The notes below the pieces were generated by a model that was not told where the DNA came from, ran no database searches, and saw only the letters and a program-made list of their open reading frames with translations. From positions 150,001-182,000 of the forward strand of contig CP075337.1 in assembly GCA_025349965.1 (NCBI GenBank): 32,000 bases of DNA, written 5' to 3'. Position 1 is the stretch's first letter. The number at the start of each line of letters is the position of its first letter. This document shows, piece after piece, positions 8,544 through 16,920 of this stretch. Both the position numbers and the translations under genes were made by a program. This DNA comes from Candidatus Saccharimonadota bacterium. Its GTDB lineage: Bacteria; Patescibacteriota; Saccharimonadia; Saccharimonadales; Saccharimonadaceae.

Positions 8544-9632
8544 ATGAGTAAGCGTGATTATTATGAAGTATTAGGTGTTTCTAAAGGCGCCTCTGATGAT
8601 GAAATCAAAAAGGCGTTTCGTCGTCAGGCTGTGCAATATCACCCGGATAAAGAGGGTGGGGACGAGGCTAAATTTAAGGAAATCAACGAAGCTTACGACG
8701 TCTTAAAGGATTCGCAAAAACGACAGCGTTATGATCAATTCGGCCATGCCGGTGTTGGTGGTGCCTCGGGTGCCGGCGCGGGCGGCAATCCATTTGAAGG
8801 ATTCGGCGGTTTTGGTGGCCAGAATGTTAACTTCGATTTTGGCGGTGGCTTTGGGGATATTTTTGACCAGTTCTTTGGTGGCGGTGGCTCAAGCCGTCAG
8901 CGTGGTCCAATTCGTGGCCGAGATGTTGAGGTGCAACTCCAGCTTACCTTTGAAGAAGCTATCTTTGGCCTTGAGCATACCCTCGCCCTTGATCTAGAGG
9001 TGGAGTGCGAACATTGTAAAGGCACAACTGTTGAGCCTGGCCATGATATGAAGATCTGCCCAGATTGTAAGGGTGCTGGCCAACAAACACGCGTGATGAA
9101 TACAATGTTTGGACCTATTCAGCAAACTGTACCGTGTGAAACCTGTCAGGGCGCCGGCAAGGTCCCCGAAAAGGTCTGTACGGTGTGTCGCGGTAAGGGT
9201 ACTGAACGTCGCAAACAAGATATTAAGGTAAAGATTCCTGCGGGTATTGATGATGGTGCCACAATCCGTCTTTCAGGCCGTGGTGAAGCAATTGCTGGTG
9301 GCGAGGCAGGCGACCTCTATATTAATATCCGCGTCAAGGCACACAAACACTTTACTCGTGAAGGTGATATCATCCTTTCTAATGAGCACATTTCTATGAT
9401 TGACGCCGCACTCGGTACGGAAATTGACGTACGCACTGTTGATGGTACGGTTCGTATGAAAATTCCAGCAGGCACACAACCTGAAGCCGACTTTAAGCTT
9501 TCTGGTCACGGGGTGCCCTATCTTCGCAATCAAGACAAACGCGGCCCACATATTGTGAACATTATTGTTGACGTGCCAAAGAAGCTGAACAAGAAGCAAA
9601 AGAAGCTACTCGAAGAACTTCGCGACGCATAA
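8544..9632 (+). CDS. dnaJ: molecular chaperone DnaJ (Hsp40, type I)
   Basis: J-domain with HPDK, a G/F-rich region, and four CxxCxGxG zinc-finger repeats ([32 protein letters not shown]). Confidence 0.97.
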   Translation: MSKRDYYEVLGVSKGASDDEIKKAFRRQAVQYHPDKEGGDEAKFKEINEAYDVLKDSQKRQRYDQFGHAGVGGASGAGAGGNPFEGFGGFGGQNVNFDFGGGFGDIFDQFFGGGGSSRQRGPIRGRDVEVQLQLTFEEAIFGLEHTLALDLEVECEHCKGTTVEPGHDMKICPDCKGAGQQTRVMNTMFGPIQQTVPCETCQGAGKVPEKVCTVCRGKGTERRKQDIKVKIPAGIDDGATIRLSGRGEAIAGGEAGDLYINIRVKAHKHFTREGDIILSNEHISMIDAALGTEIDVRTVDGTVRMKIPAGTQPEADFKLSGHGVPYLRNQDKRGPHIVNIIVDVPKKLNKKQKKLLEELRDA

Positions 9633-9645
9633 CGCTTACCCCTCA

Positions 9646-9674
9646 TTGACATTTTTACATAAAAATGATACAAT
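9646..9674 (+). promoter_or_regulatory. near-consensus sigma70 promoter (TTGACA-17-TGaTACAAT) for the rimK cluster
   Basis: TTGACA at 9646-9651, a 17-nt spacer, and an extended -10 TGaTACAAT at 9666-9674. Confidence 0.65.
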
Positions 9675-9712
9675 AACAGGCGAATTTACGTAAAACGTAA
9701 ACGGTAAGATAT

Positions 9713-10150
9713 ATGCAAGAAGAAACTGTTATTATTGGCTGTCTTGAGCAAGTTGCCTTCCCGGCGCTTCTTATTGACGAAGTCATGGCAAAGATTGATA
9801 CTGGTGCGTATTCAGGTGCGCTGCATTGTAACAAGATTGATGTCATCGACCGTGATGGTGTCCGAACGCTTCGCTATCAGCCAATTCACGAAAGTAGTGA
9901 GTTTATTGAGACGCAAGATTTCGTATCTACTCATGTGACAAGCTCAAATGGCCAGCGACACAAGCGCTATATTATTGAAACGCCTATACTCATTCGTGGC
10001 AAACAGTATACAATGAGGATTGGACTGACGGATAGGTCAGATATGAAAATAGACGTGCTTATTGGGCGTCGTTTCCTTAGAAAAAATAACATGATTGTTG
10101 ATGTACGCATCGGCGCAGAATTTGATGAAGACGGTGGAGGAAAAGAATAA
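9713..10150 (+). CDS. putative ATP-dependent zinc protease / retropepsin-like family protein of the kind commonly encoded next to rimK (RimB-like)
   Basis: 145 aa. The pattern IGCLEQVAFPALLIDEVMAKIDTGAYSGALHC...VLIGRRFL matches this family. It lies immediately upstream of rimK, with no gap between its stop and the rimK ATG. Confidence 0.7.
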   Translation: MQEETVIIGCLEQVAFPALLIDEVMAKIDTGAYSGALHCNKIDVIDRDGVRTLRYQPIHESSEFIETQDFVSTHVTSSNGQRHKRYIIETPILIRGKQYTMRIGLTDRSDMKIDVLIGRRFLRKNNMIVDVRIGAEFDEDGGGKE

Positions 10151-11062
10151 ATGAAAATTGCGATTTTATCAAACGGTCCAGGAAATTACTCCACAAAGCG
10201 TCTCAAAGAAGAGGCGTTGAAGCGTGGTCACGAAGTTGACATTATTAAGTATCGCGACTGCTATGCTTCAATCGAAAAGAACAGTCCAACTGTTAGCTAT
10301 CGTGGTGAAGATCTCGGCAAGTATGATGCTATTATTCCTCGTATTTCGGCAAACATGACTCGTTATGGTACGGCGATTGTTCGTCAACTTGAAATGCAGG
10401 GTGTGTACACCATCTCGAGCTCTCTTGCGATTAACCGTTCACGCGACAAGCTCCGCAGTATGCAGATTCTTGCAAAGGCAGGCGTAGGAATTCCGAAGAC
10501 AGTGTTCTCCCGTAATTCTGCTGATATCGATGACCTTATCGATAAACTCGGTGGTACACCGGTAATTATTAAGTTGGCACGTGGAACACACGGAAATGGT
10601 GTTGTTCTTGCGGAAACAAAGAAGGCGGCAAAGTCTGTACTGCAGGCGTTCTACCTTACAAACGAAGACGGTACAAACATCTTGATTCAGGAGTTTATTA
10701 AAGAGTCGGCCGGTACTGATATTCGTGCCTTTGTTGTTGGTGGACGTGTGGTTGCAAGTATGAAGCGTCAAAGTCTTGATGATGATTTCCGTTCCAATCT
10801 TCACAAGGGCGGTCAAGGTACTGTCGTGAAGCTGACGCTTGAAGAGCGCAAGATGGCGGTACGTGCAGCTAAGGCAATGGGCCTCAACGTTGCTGGTGTC
10901 GACCTTATGCGTTCAGAGCAAGGTCCTCTAATCCTTGAAGTAAACGCTAGTCCTGGGTTTGGTATCGAGACTGTTACTAAGCGCAATGTAGCACTTCCAA
11001 TTATTGAGTATATTGAGCTCAATGCGAAGCGTCGCAACAAAAAAGACAAAGTCGGCGCCTAA
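10151..11062 (+). CDS. rimK: RimK-family ATP-grasp ligase (ribosomal protein S6--L-glutamate ligase type)
   Basis: 303 aa with MKIAILS..., ATP-grasp motifs (IIKLARGTHGNGVVL, IQEFI, GVDLMRS...LILEVNASPG) and a basic C-terminal tail. A GGAGG SD is present. Confidence 0.9.
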   Translation: MKIAILSNGPGNYSTKRLKEEALKRGHEVDIIKYRDCYASIEKNSPTVSYRGEDLGKYDAIIPRISANMTRYGTAIVRQLEMQGVYTISSSLAINRSRDKLRSMQILAKAGVGIPKTVFSRNSADIDDLIDKLGGTPVIIKLARGTHGNGVVLAETKKAAKSVLQAFYLTNEDGTNILIQEFIKESAGTDIRAFVVGGRVVASMKRQSLDDDFRSNLHKGGQGTVVKLTLEERKMAVRAAKAMGLNVAGVDLMRSEQGPLILEVNASPGFGIETVTKRNVALPIIEYIELNAKRRNKKDKVGA

Positions 11063-11101
11063 ATAGCCCCGACTAATCATAAGTGATATACTAAGCCCAG
11101 T

Positions 11102-11608
11102 ATGGATATTGATATATCGCGTAAAGCTTGGAGATGGCGAAGTCAGACATGGATTATTTTTGTCACTGGCTTGGCGGTTATTCTTGTCGCGCTTGTTGCC
11201 TCGTATGCTTTTTCTATGTTCAAGCCAACTGTTGATGTAAAGGTTGGTCAGAGTGGTGTTTTTAGGCTTTGGGTTGCCGATACTGATGCCGAGCTCTACC
11301 AAGGTTTATCTGGGGTAGATACGCTATCGCGGGATGGCGGCCTTTTGATGGACTTTAAGGTCTCTGGGTATCATGGAATTGTCATGCGAGACATGAAGAT
11401 TCCACTTGATATTGTTTGGCTCAGCGAGTCAAAAAAAGTTGTATATATTGTTAAGAATGCTTCGCCGGAGCTTGGTGAGAGCAAGACATTTGCGCCGACG
11501 AAAGAAACGGCACGGTATGTTCTTGAGTTACCAGCGGGTACCGTTACGGATAGCGCAATTAAGGTGGGTGATATAGCAGAATTTGACGCGGTAGGCGGAA
11601 AGATATGA
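11102..11608 (+). CDS. DUF192 domain-containing protein with N-terminal membrane anchor
   Basis: 168 aa with an N-terminal TM, then GLSGV..L..DGGLLMDF....GIVMRDMKIPLDIVWLSESKKVVYIV...YVLELPAG, which is typical of DUF192. Confidence 0.75.
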   Translation: MDIDISRKAWRWRSQTWIIFVTGLAVILVALVASYAFSMFKPTVDVKVGQSGVFRLWVADTDAELYQGLSGVDTLSRDGGLLMDFKVSGYHGIVMRDMKIPLDIVWLSESKKVVYIVKNASPELGESKTFAPTKETARYVLELPAGTVTDSAIKVGDIAEFDAVGGKI

Positions 11609-12087
11609 CATCGCTCGTTATTCTTGTCGCGGTAGCGCTATTCCTTTTTGCTGGATCGTTCTTTTCTAAGCGGCGGTTTGGTCTTTTGGGCCTAGCGTTG
11701 GCTGCCGGATACGTTCTTTCTGGGCTTTGGCAGGATACCGCAGAGCTAATGGTTTCAATGACAGGTCTTGTACCTTCTGGGGTTGTATCTCAGTTTATTG
11801 CTACGTTGATTCTTATACTTTTGCCGCCGACGCTTCTTTTATTTCACGGATATGCCTACAAGAGTATAACCGGACGTCTTGTCGGGTCTGCACTTTTCAC
11901 CGTTTTGGCACTTGCTTTTCTTGCTGGGCCTATGAGCAAGGCGCTTGTACTGGACGGTATTGGCGCTCAAGCGTTTCAGTGGATTTTGGGTAACGCAAGT
12001 CTCATTATTGGTATTGGCGTCATGGCTGCAGTCTTTGATGTGTTCTTTTCGAAGCCGGCGCGTATTGGATCGAGGCGAGAGAAATAA
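11605..12087 (+). CDS. hypothetical integral membrane protein (about 5 TM)
   Basis: ATGA overlap with the upstream gene. The 160-aa sequence is hydrophobic throughout, and no family was recognised. Confidence 0.6.
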   Translation: MTSLVILVAVALFLFAGSFFSKRRFGLLGLALAAGYVLSGLWQDTAELMVSMTGLVPSGVVSQFIATLILILLPPTLLLFHGYAYKSITGRLVGSALFTVLALAFLAGPMSKALVLDGIGAQAFQWILGNASLIIGIGVMAAVFDVFFSKPARIGSRREK

Positions 12088-12109
12088 GAGTATCGAGCGG
12101 GCTGGTGCA

Positions 12110-12139
12110 TTGACAAAACCGCCCCTGTTGTTGTATATT
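12110..12139 (+). promoter_or_regulatory. candidate promoter for tRNA-Lys (TTGACA-18-TATATT)
   Basis: TTGACA at 12110-12115 and TATATT at 12134-12139, preceded by TG. Confidence 0.5.
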
Positions 12140-12160
12140 TACAGAGTACTAGAACAATGC

Positions 12161-12237
12161 GGGACCATAGCTCAGCTGGTTAGAGCACCTGCCTTTTAAG
12201 CAGGGTGTCGTGGGTTCAAGCCCCACTGGTCCCTCCA
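12161..12237 (+). tRNA. tRNA-Lys(TTT), CCA encoded
   Basis: Manual cloverleaf: acceptor GGGACCA/TGGTCCC, D arm GCTC-AGCTGGTTA-GAGC, anticodon arm CCTGC-CTTTTAA-GCAGG, T arm GTGGG-TTCAAGC-CCCAC, discriminator T, then CCA. Confidence 0.95.
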
Positions 12238-12244
12238 AGTAAAG

Positions 12245-12292
12245 AACATCCCTTTGATTCATTTGAATCGTCGCTACCGGGGGTGTTTTTTA
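12245..12292 (+). terminator. terminator-like compound hairpin after tRNA-Lys
   Basis: Outer stem aacatccc (12245-12252) pairs with ggggtgtt (12080-type positions 12280-12287, one G-U pair). Inner perfect hairpin gattca-tt-tgaatc lies at 12256-12269. A T6 run follows. Confidence 0.5.
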
Positions 12293-12331
12293 TTTGTGGC
12301 GTCAATGTGCTTCACTCGGTATACTAAGAGT

Positions 12332-14662
12332 ATGACCGCAAAAGAGTTCCGTGCAATCTTAAAGCGAAATTTCTTTTCGCCTGTTATCTTAGCGATTTAC
12401 ACACTTGCTTTGATTCTCCTCTTCCTGGGGGAGCTTCGCGATGCCTATTTTGTAAGCGTTGTTATTACGGTCAACTTTGCCGTAGCGGTTTTTCAGGAAA
12501 CACGCGCTCGTATACAGCTTCATAAAATTGAACTTATGAGTGCACCTCGGGCGCGAAAAGTAATGCCATCAGGTGATATCCAGGAGCTACTGTACACCGA
12601 TCTTATCGTTGATGATGAAATCGTCCTGTCGGTAGGTGATGAGGTGCCCGCTGATGTAAAGATTCTATCAAGCAAGGGTCTTGAAGTAGACGAGAGTATG
12701 TTGACGGGTGAGAGTGCCTCGGTTGAAAAAGCCGCTCAGGACGAAGCGTATGCTTCAAGTGTAGTGTTGGCCGGAAGTGCACGTGCGCGTGTGTACGCTG
12801 TCGGTGAGGAGACTCGCTCTGGTGAGATGACGAAGCGGCTAAAGCAGTATAAGCCAGAGCTTACGCCGTTACAAAAAAGTATCAACCTCGTAATTAGTAC
12901 ACTTACATACGGTGCGCTCGGATTTTCTCTTGCGATTGCGCTGGTATATCTTTTGATGGGGCACGATCTTGTGAGTGTATTTAAGGCTATCACAGCAGGG
13001 GCAATTACCATCATCCCAGAAGGGCTATTACTCGCAAGTACACTTCTTCTCGTTTACGGTTCGCTGAAGCTTGCTGCGGCGCAGGTGCTTTCACAAAAAG
13101 TAACAGCAATTGAAGCAATGGCAATCTTGAATATTCTTTGTGTTGATAAGACAGGAACACTAACGGAGCCTGAGATTCGTTTTGATTCATTCGAGGTATT
13201 TGACGATAAAAAAGACAGCAGGTACTACAGGCGATTGATTGGTGTTATTGCCCAGGAGACGGGCGGCGGTAATACTACAAGTGATGCGCTCCTTGCGGCG
13301 TTTCCTGCCCCAGAATCTTACGAGATAAAAGACATCCTCGCATTTAGTTCTGAGCGAAAATTTAGCGGTGCCCATGTTGCGTATGGCGGCCACGATGAAA
13401 CAATATTTATGGGTGCGCCAGAATATGTAGGCGTGCTTGCAAAGGTGACGGACGAGCAACAGCGTAGGGTGGATGCTCTTGCCTCCGAAGGCCGGCGTGT
13501 TCTTATGGTGGTCGGCGTGAAGAATAGTGCTACGTCACTTAAAGCACTTATTAAACAGCGGGAGTGTGAAGTGATAGGACTTCTCATTCTTCGCAATGAC
13601 TTGCGTGTTGGAGTGAAGGACACGATAAGATATCTTCAGAAACGTGGTGTGCAAGTGAAGGTCATTAGTGGCGATAATCCCAAGACTGTGCAGTTTATTA
13701 CAAAGGAGGCGGGAATTGTGGGTGCTGATAAATCTATAACCGGCGCAGAGCTTGCCGAGCTTGACGATGAGGCGTTTACAAATGCGGCGGTTGAAAATAC
13801 GATTTTCGCCCGCGTGTTACCCGATCAGAAGGAGCGACTCGTGGCAGCGCTACAGGCACGGGGAAGCTATGTCGGTATGGTGGGCGATGGAGTGAATGAC
13901 GCGCTTGCTCTTAAACAGTCTAATCTAGGTGTTGCAATGTTTTCAGGCGCGGCGGCAACTCGGCGTGTGGCGGATATTGTGTTACTCAACAATGCGTTTA
14001 CGTCACTCCCGGTCGGCATGCGCATAGGAAATCGTATCATGCAGGCGATTGAAATCATTTCAACCCTCTTTTTCCATAAAATTATCTATGTGATAGTGCT
14101 CCTTGCCGCAACCATGGCACTTGGGGTGATTTTCCCATTCCAGCCTCGACACGTTACCTTTATGAATATATTTATCGTGACACTTCCGACCCTTATGTGG
14201 ACTATTTTTCCACCGCGCCCAAGACATCAGGTGCGACCGCAGGATTTTTGGAAAGATACATTACTCGCGGTACTTCCTATTGCAATATTGTCCGGTGCTG
14301 CGATTACACTGAGTTACTGGTACTTGCAAGCCGTGCACCCACAAGATGTTAAAGGGGTTGCGACTTCTACGGTAATTATTACGACCCTCTTTGGTGTATA
14401 TCTTGTGTTCCTCGTGCCGTACATGCTAAATGTTGGATATGATTTAAAGGCAAAGATTGCGCGGTTCCTGTATCTCGGTCTTGTTATACTGGGGGCCTCT
14501 GCACTTTTCGGGTTTAATACGCTGCGGAATTTCTTCGACTTCACGCAACCATCACATCAATATATCACCGTGGTGCTGATTGAGATAGTGTTTGTAATGT
14601 GTATTCAGTGGTATATCGCTCGCCGAGCCCGCGACAGGCTCGTTGCCCGTCTTAGGGCATAG
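12332..14662 (+). CDS. cation-translocating P-type ATPase (HAD superfamily, type II-like)
   Basis: Motifs TGES (LTGESASV), PEGL (IIPEGLLLAS), phosphorylation site CVDKTGTLT and hinge MVGDGVNDALALK. Start chosen at ATG 12332, 6 nt after -10 TATACT. The ORF-track TTG 12254 lies inside the tRNA terminator hairpin; ATG 12305 is an alternative. Confidence 0.88.
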   Translation: MTAKEFRAILKRNFFSPVILAIYTLALILLFLGELRDAYFVSVVITVNFAVAVFQETRARIQLHKIELMSAPRARKVMPSGDIQELLYTDLIVDDEIVLSVGDEVPADVKILSSKGLEVDESMLTGESASVEKAAQDEAYASSVVLAGSARARVYAVGEETRSGEMTKRLKQYKPELTPLQKSINLVISTLTYGALGFSLAIALVYLLMGHDLVSVFKAITAGAITIIPEGLLLASTLLLVYGSLKLAAAQVLSQKVTAIEAMAILNILCVDKTGTLTEPEIRFDSFEVFDDKKDSRYYRRLIGVIAQETGGGNTTSDALLAAFPAPESYEIKDILAFSSERKFSGAHVAYGGHDETIFMGAPEYVGVLAKVTDEQQRRVDALASEGRRVLMVVGVKNSATSLKALIKQRECEVIGLLILRNDLRVGVKDTIRYLQKRGVQVKVISGDNPKTVQFITKEAGIVGADKSITGAELAELDDEAFTNAAVENTIFARVLPDQKERLVAALQARGSYVGMVGDGVNDALALKQSNLGVAMFSGAAATRRVADIVLLNNAFTSLPVGMRIGNRIMQAIEIISTLFFHKIIYVIVLLAATMALGVIFPFQPRHVTFMNIFIVTLPTLMWTIFPPRPRHQVRPQDFWKDTLLAVLPIAILSGAAITLSYWYLQAVHPQDVKGVATSTVIITTLFGVYLVFLVPYMLNVGYDLKAKIARFLYLGLVILGASALFGFNTLRNFFDFTQPSHQYITVVLIEIVFVMCIQWYIARRARDRLVARLRA

Positions 14663-14722
14663 TTTTTCTATAAAGTAAAAATAGTTCACTTTAATTATAT
14701 TTTCAATACGTACCATGAGAGT

Positions 14723-16192
14723 ATGTGGCGGATACATAGAAAAATTCAAGTTGAATGGCGTATTGCTTGCCTCTGCGCGGGGCTTCTTGTTGGCGTGGCA
14801 TTAGCCCCTGTTTTAAGGGTGAATACTTTTTGGGGCCTTGCTGCCATTATTCCTATTTGTACTCTTCTTTTAGTAGGGCGGTTTTACGCTTCTTTGCCCC
14901 TTCTCCTGCTTGCGATGCTTGCAGGGTTGGGGTATGGGTCAACGGCATACGGGGAAGGCTATGATGTGTATAAGCCTTTTATTGAGCATACTGTTACGCT
15001 TCAGGGCCGAGTTAAAGAAGATCCATCCGTAAATAGCGCAGGCTATAAATCTTTGCAGCTCGGGTCAATCCAGGTAAGGGGAAGTCCATATGCCGGGAGT
15101 GTTTTTACGCGAATGCGAACAAAAGTAACTGTTATGCGAGGTGATACTGTCACTGTGCAGGGGGTTGCCGAGGCTGGGTTTGGGAGTTTTTCCCTGAATC
15201 TTAAAAATGCTTCTATTGTGAGTGTTGAACGCCAGTCCATGGGGGATGTCGGGCGTGTTATTCGCGATTGGTTTGCGGGCCACGTGCGGAGTTTTATTGA
15301 TGAGCCACAGGCGAGCCTTGGTGTAGGATATTTAACTGGGCAAAAAAGCGCATTACCCGATGATTTTTCCGAGGCGCTTAAAATAGCGGGGCTTACGCAT
15401 GTTGTGGTTGCGAGTGGCTATAATTTGACTGTACTTGTGCGGTTGGCTCGTAAATTATTTATGCGTATTTCTAAATTTAGTGCTGCAATGGCTGCTGTTG
15501 GCATGGTGTTGATGTTCATGACCATTACTGGCCTTAGCCCAAGCATGACGCGTGCCGGAATCGTCTCCGGATTGAGTATTCTGTTTTGGTATTACGGAAG
15601 GAAAGTGCACCCAATTGTACTCTTGCTTTTTGTTGCAACGCTTACAGTGCTATATCAACCTAGTTACTTATGGGGTGACTTAGGATGGCAACTCAGCTTT
15701 TCGGCATTCTTTGGCGTGATGATTATTGGTCCACTCATGCAGCGCTACTTCTATGGCGAGGTGTCACCCGGGCTTATTCGTCAGACACTCATGGAGACTG
15801 TCGCCGCTCATATAGCAACAGTGCCAATTATTGCGCTACAGTTTGGAGTTGTTTCCAATATTGCAATTGTCGCTAACTTGCTCGTTGTTCCGCTTGTTCC
15901 GTTAGCGATGCTTTTGACGTTTATTTGCGGTATTTGGTCGGTATGCGGCATTGGGTTTTCGCAACTTATTATTTGGCCAACGAATGTGCTACTTGAATAT
16001 ATGGTTGCAGTCGTAAGGTACGTTGCAGAGATAAAGTGGGCACAGAGCGCACTGGAATTTTCTGGTAGTGTCTGGCTTTTGTATCTCGCTGCTGTTTTGC
16101 TTGTTTGTTGGTGGATGAAGCGGGCAACGAAATTGAACCTAAGAACCGGTGATATACTTAACCCCTATAAGACTGATGCGAAGGTTATTTAA
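14723..16192 (+). CDS. comEC: ComEC/Rec2-family DNA internalization channel protein, short form without the C-terminal metallo-beta-lactamase domain
   Basis: 489 aa. It has an N-terminal OB/DUF4131-like part (VTLQGRVKEDP...), a polytopic competence domain (LKIAGLTHVVVASGYNLTVL, MTITGLSPSMTRAG), and no HxHxDH motif. Confidence 0.85.
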   Translation: MWRIHRKIQVEWRIACLCAGLLVGVALAPVLRVNTFWGLAAIIPICTLLLVGRFYASLPLLLLAMLAGLGYGSTAYGEGYDVYKPFIEHTVTLQGRVKEDPSVNSAGYKSLQLGSIQVRGSPYAGSVFTRMRTKVTVMRGDTVTVQGVAEAGFGSFSLNLKNASIVSVERQSMGDVGRVIRDWFAGHVRSFIDEPQASLGVGYLTGQKSALPDDFSEALKIAGLTHVVVASGYNLTVLVRLARKLFMRISKFSAAMAAVGMVLMFMTITGLSPSMTRAGIVSGLSILFWYYGRKVHPIVLLLFVATLTVLYQPSYLWGDLGWQLSFSAFFGVMIIGPLMQRYFYGEVSPGLIRQTLMETVAAHIATVPIIALQFGVVSNIAIVANLLVVPLVPLAMLLTFICGIWSVCGIGFSQLIIWPTNVLLEYMVAVVRYVAEIKWAQSALEFSGSVWLLYLAAVLLVCWWMKRATKLNLRTGDILNPYKTDAKVI

Positions 16193-16920
16193 CGTGGGCG
16201 TGTAAGTGCAACAGTTCGAGCCCGCATTGCAATACTATCATCGATAGATTGACCGTTAAACTCGCCGTATCGACGCTTTGCGGCTGTACTAATGAGGTAA
16301 TCCGCTATGGCTGGATTCTTTGGAAGAAGTGACCCGTGAAGGTATGTGCCGATTACGTTTTTATAGAGCACACCTTCGTGGTCGTCCGTAGTATTATTAC
16401 CAGCGCCTATGCGTACTAGCCCAAGCGGTGTAAGCGGTTCTTCGAAATATGTTTGGCCGCTATGGTTTTCGTAACCGATGATAGTACCGAATGTTTCACT
16501 TTCTAGGGTAATATTGCCAACAAGTCGTTCTTTGCCGCCAATAGTTTTAGTATTGAATACTCGGATACCTTCGAGTGTTGTGCCCGTGTGCGTAGTAAAG
16601 CTATTGCCAAAGAGCTGATAGAGCCCGCAAACAAGTAGCATGGGAAGTCCGTCATCAGCGGCGTTTCTAAAGAATTTTCCATTAGAGAGAAGGTCTTGGT
16701 GAATAACATTCTGCCCACTGTCCTGTCCGCCACCCCCAATGATGAGGTCTATGTCGGAGAGATTCGGCAGAGTATCTTCTGGATTGTATTCAATAACACT
16801 GGGTGTATAGCCGTGCCACTCAAGGCGCTTTACGAGCACTTGAACATTGCCATTATCGCCATAGATATTCATATCGCGCGGATAAAGGTGAAGAATTGTA
16901 ATTACGGGTTTTTTACTCAT
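16189..16920 (-). CDS. gatD: lipid II isoglutaminyl synthase glutaminase subunit GatD (CobQ-type glutamine amidotransferase)
   Basis: 243 aa with ILHLYPRDMNIYGDNGN, nucleophile context LLVCGLYQLFG and a GTYLHGSLLPKNP His region. ATGA overlap with murT. Confidence 0.9.
   Translation of the reverse strand: MSKKPVITILHLYPRDMNIYGDNGNVQVLVKRLEWHGYTPSVIEYNPEDTLPNLSDIDLIIGGGGQDSGQNVIHQDLLSNGKFFRNAADDGLPMLLVCGLYQLFGNSFTTHTGTTLEGIRVFNTKTIGGKERLVGNITLESETFGTIIGYENHSGQTYFEEPLTPLGLVRIGAGNNTTDDHEGVLYKNVIGTYLHGSLLPKNPAIADYLISTAAKRRYGEFNGQSIDDSIAMRARTVALTRPR

Noticed and set aside
12254-12331. The TTG 12254 start giving an 802-aa P-type ATPase.
   Set aside because: The codon lies 17 nt after tRNA-Lys, inside its terminator-like hairpin and T-run. 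The added residues (MIHLNRRYRGCFLFVASMCFTRYTKS) do not look like the ATPase family. ATG 12332 sits 6 nt after a TATACT box, matching the recurrent promoter module.
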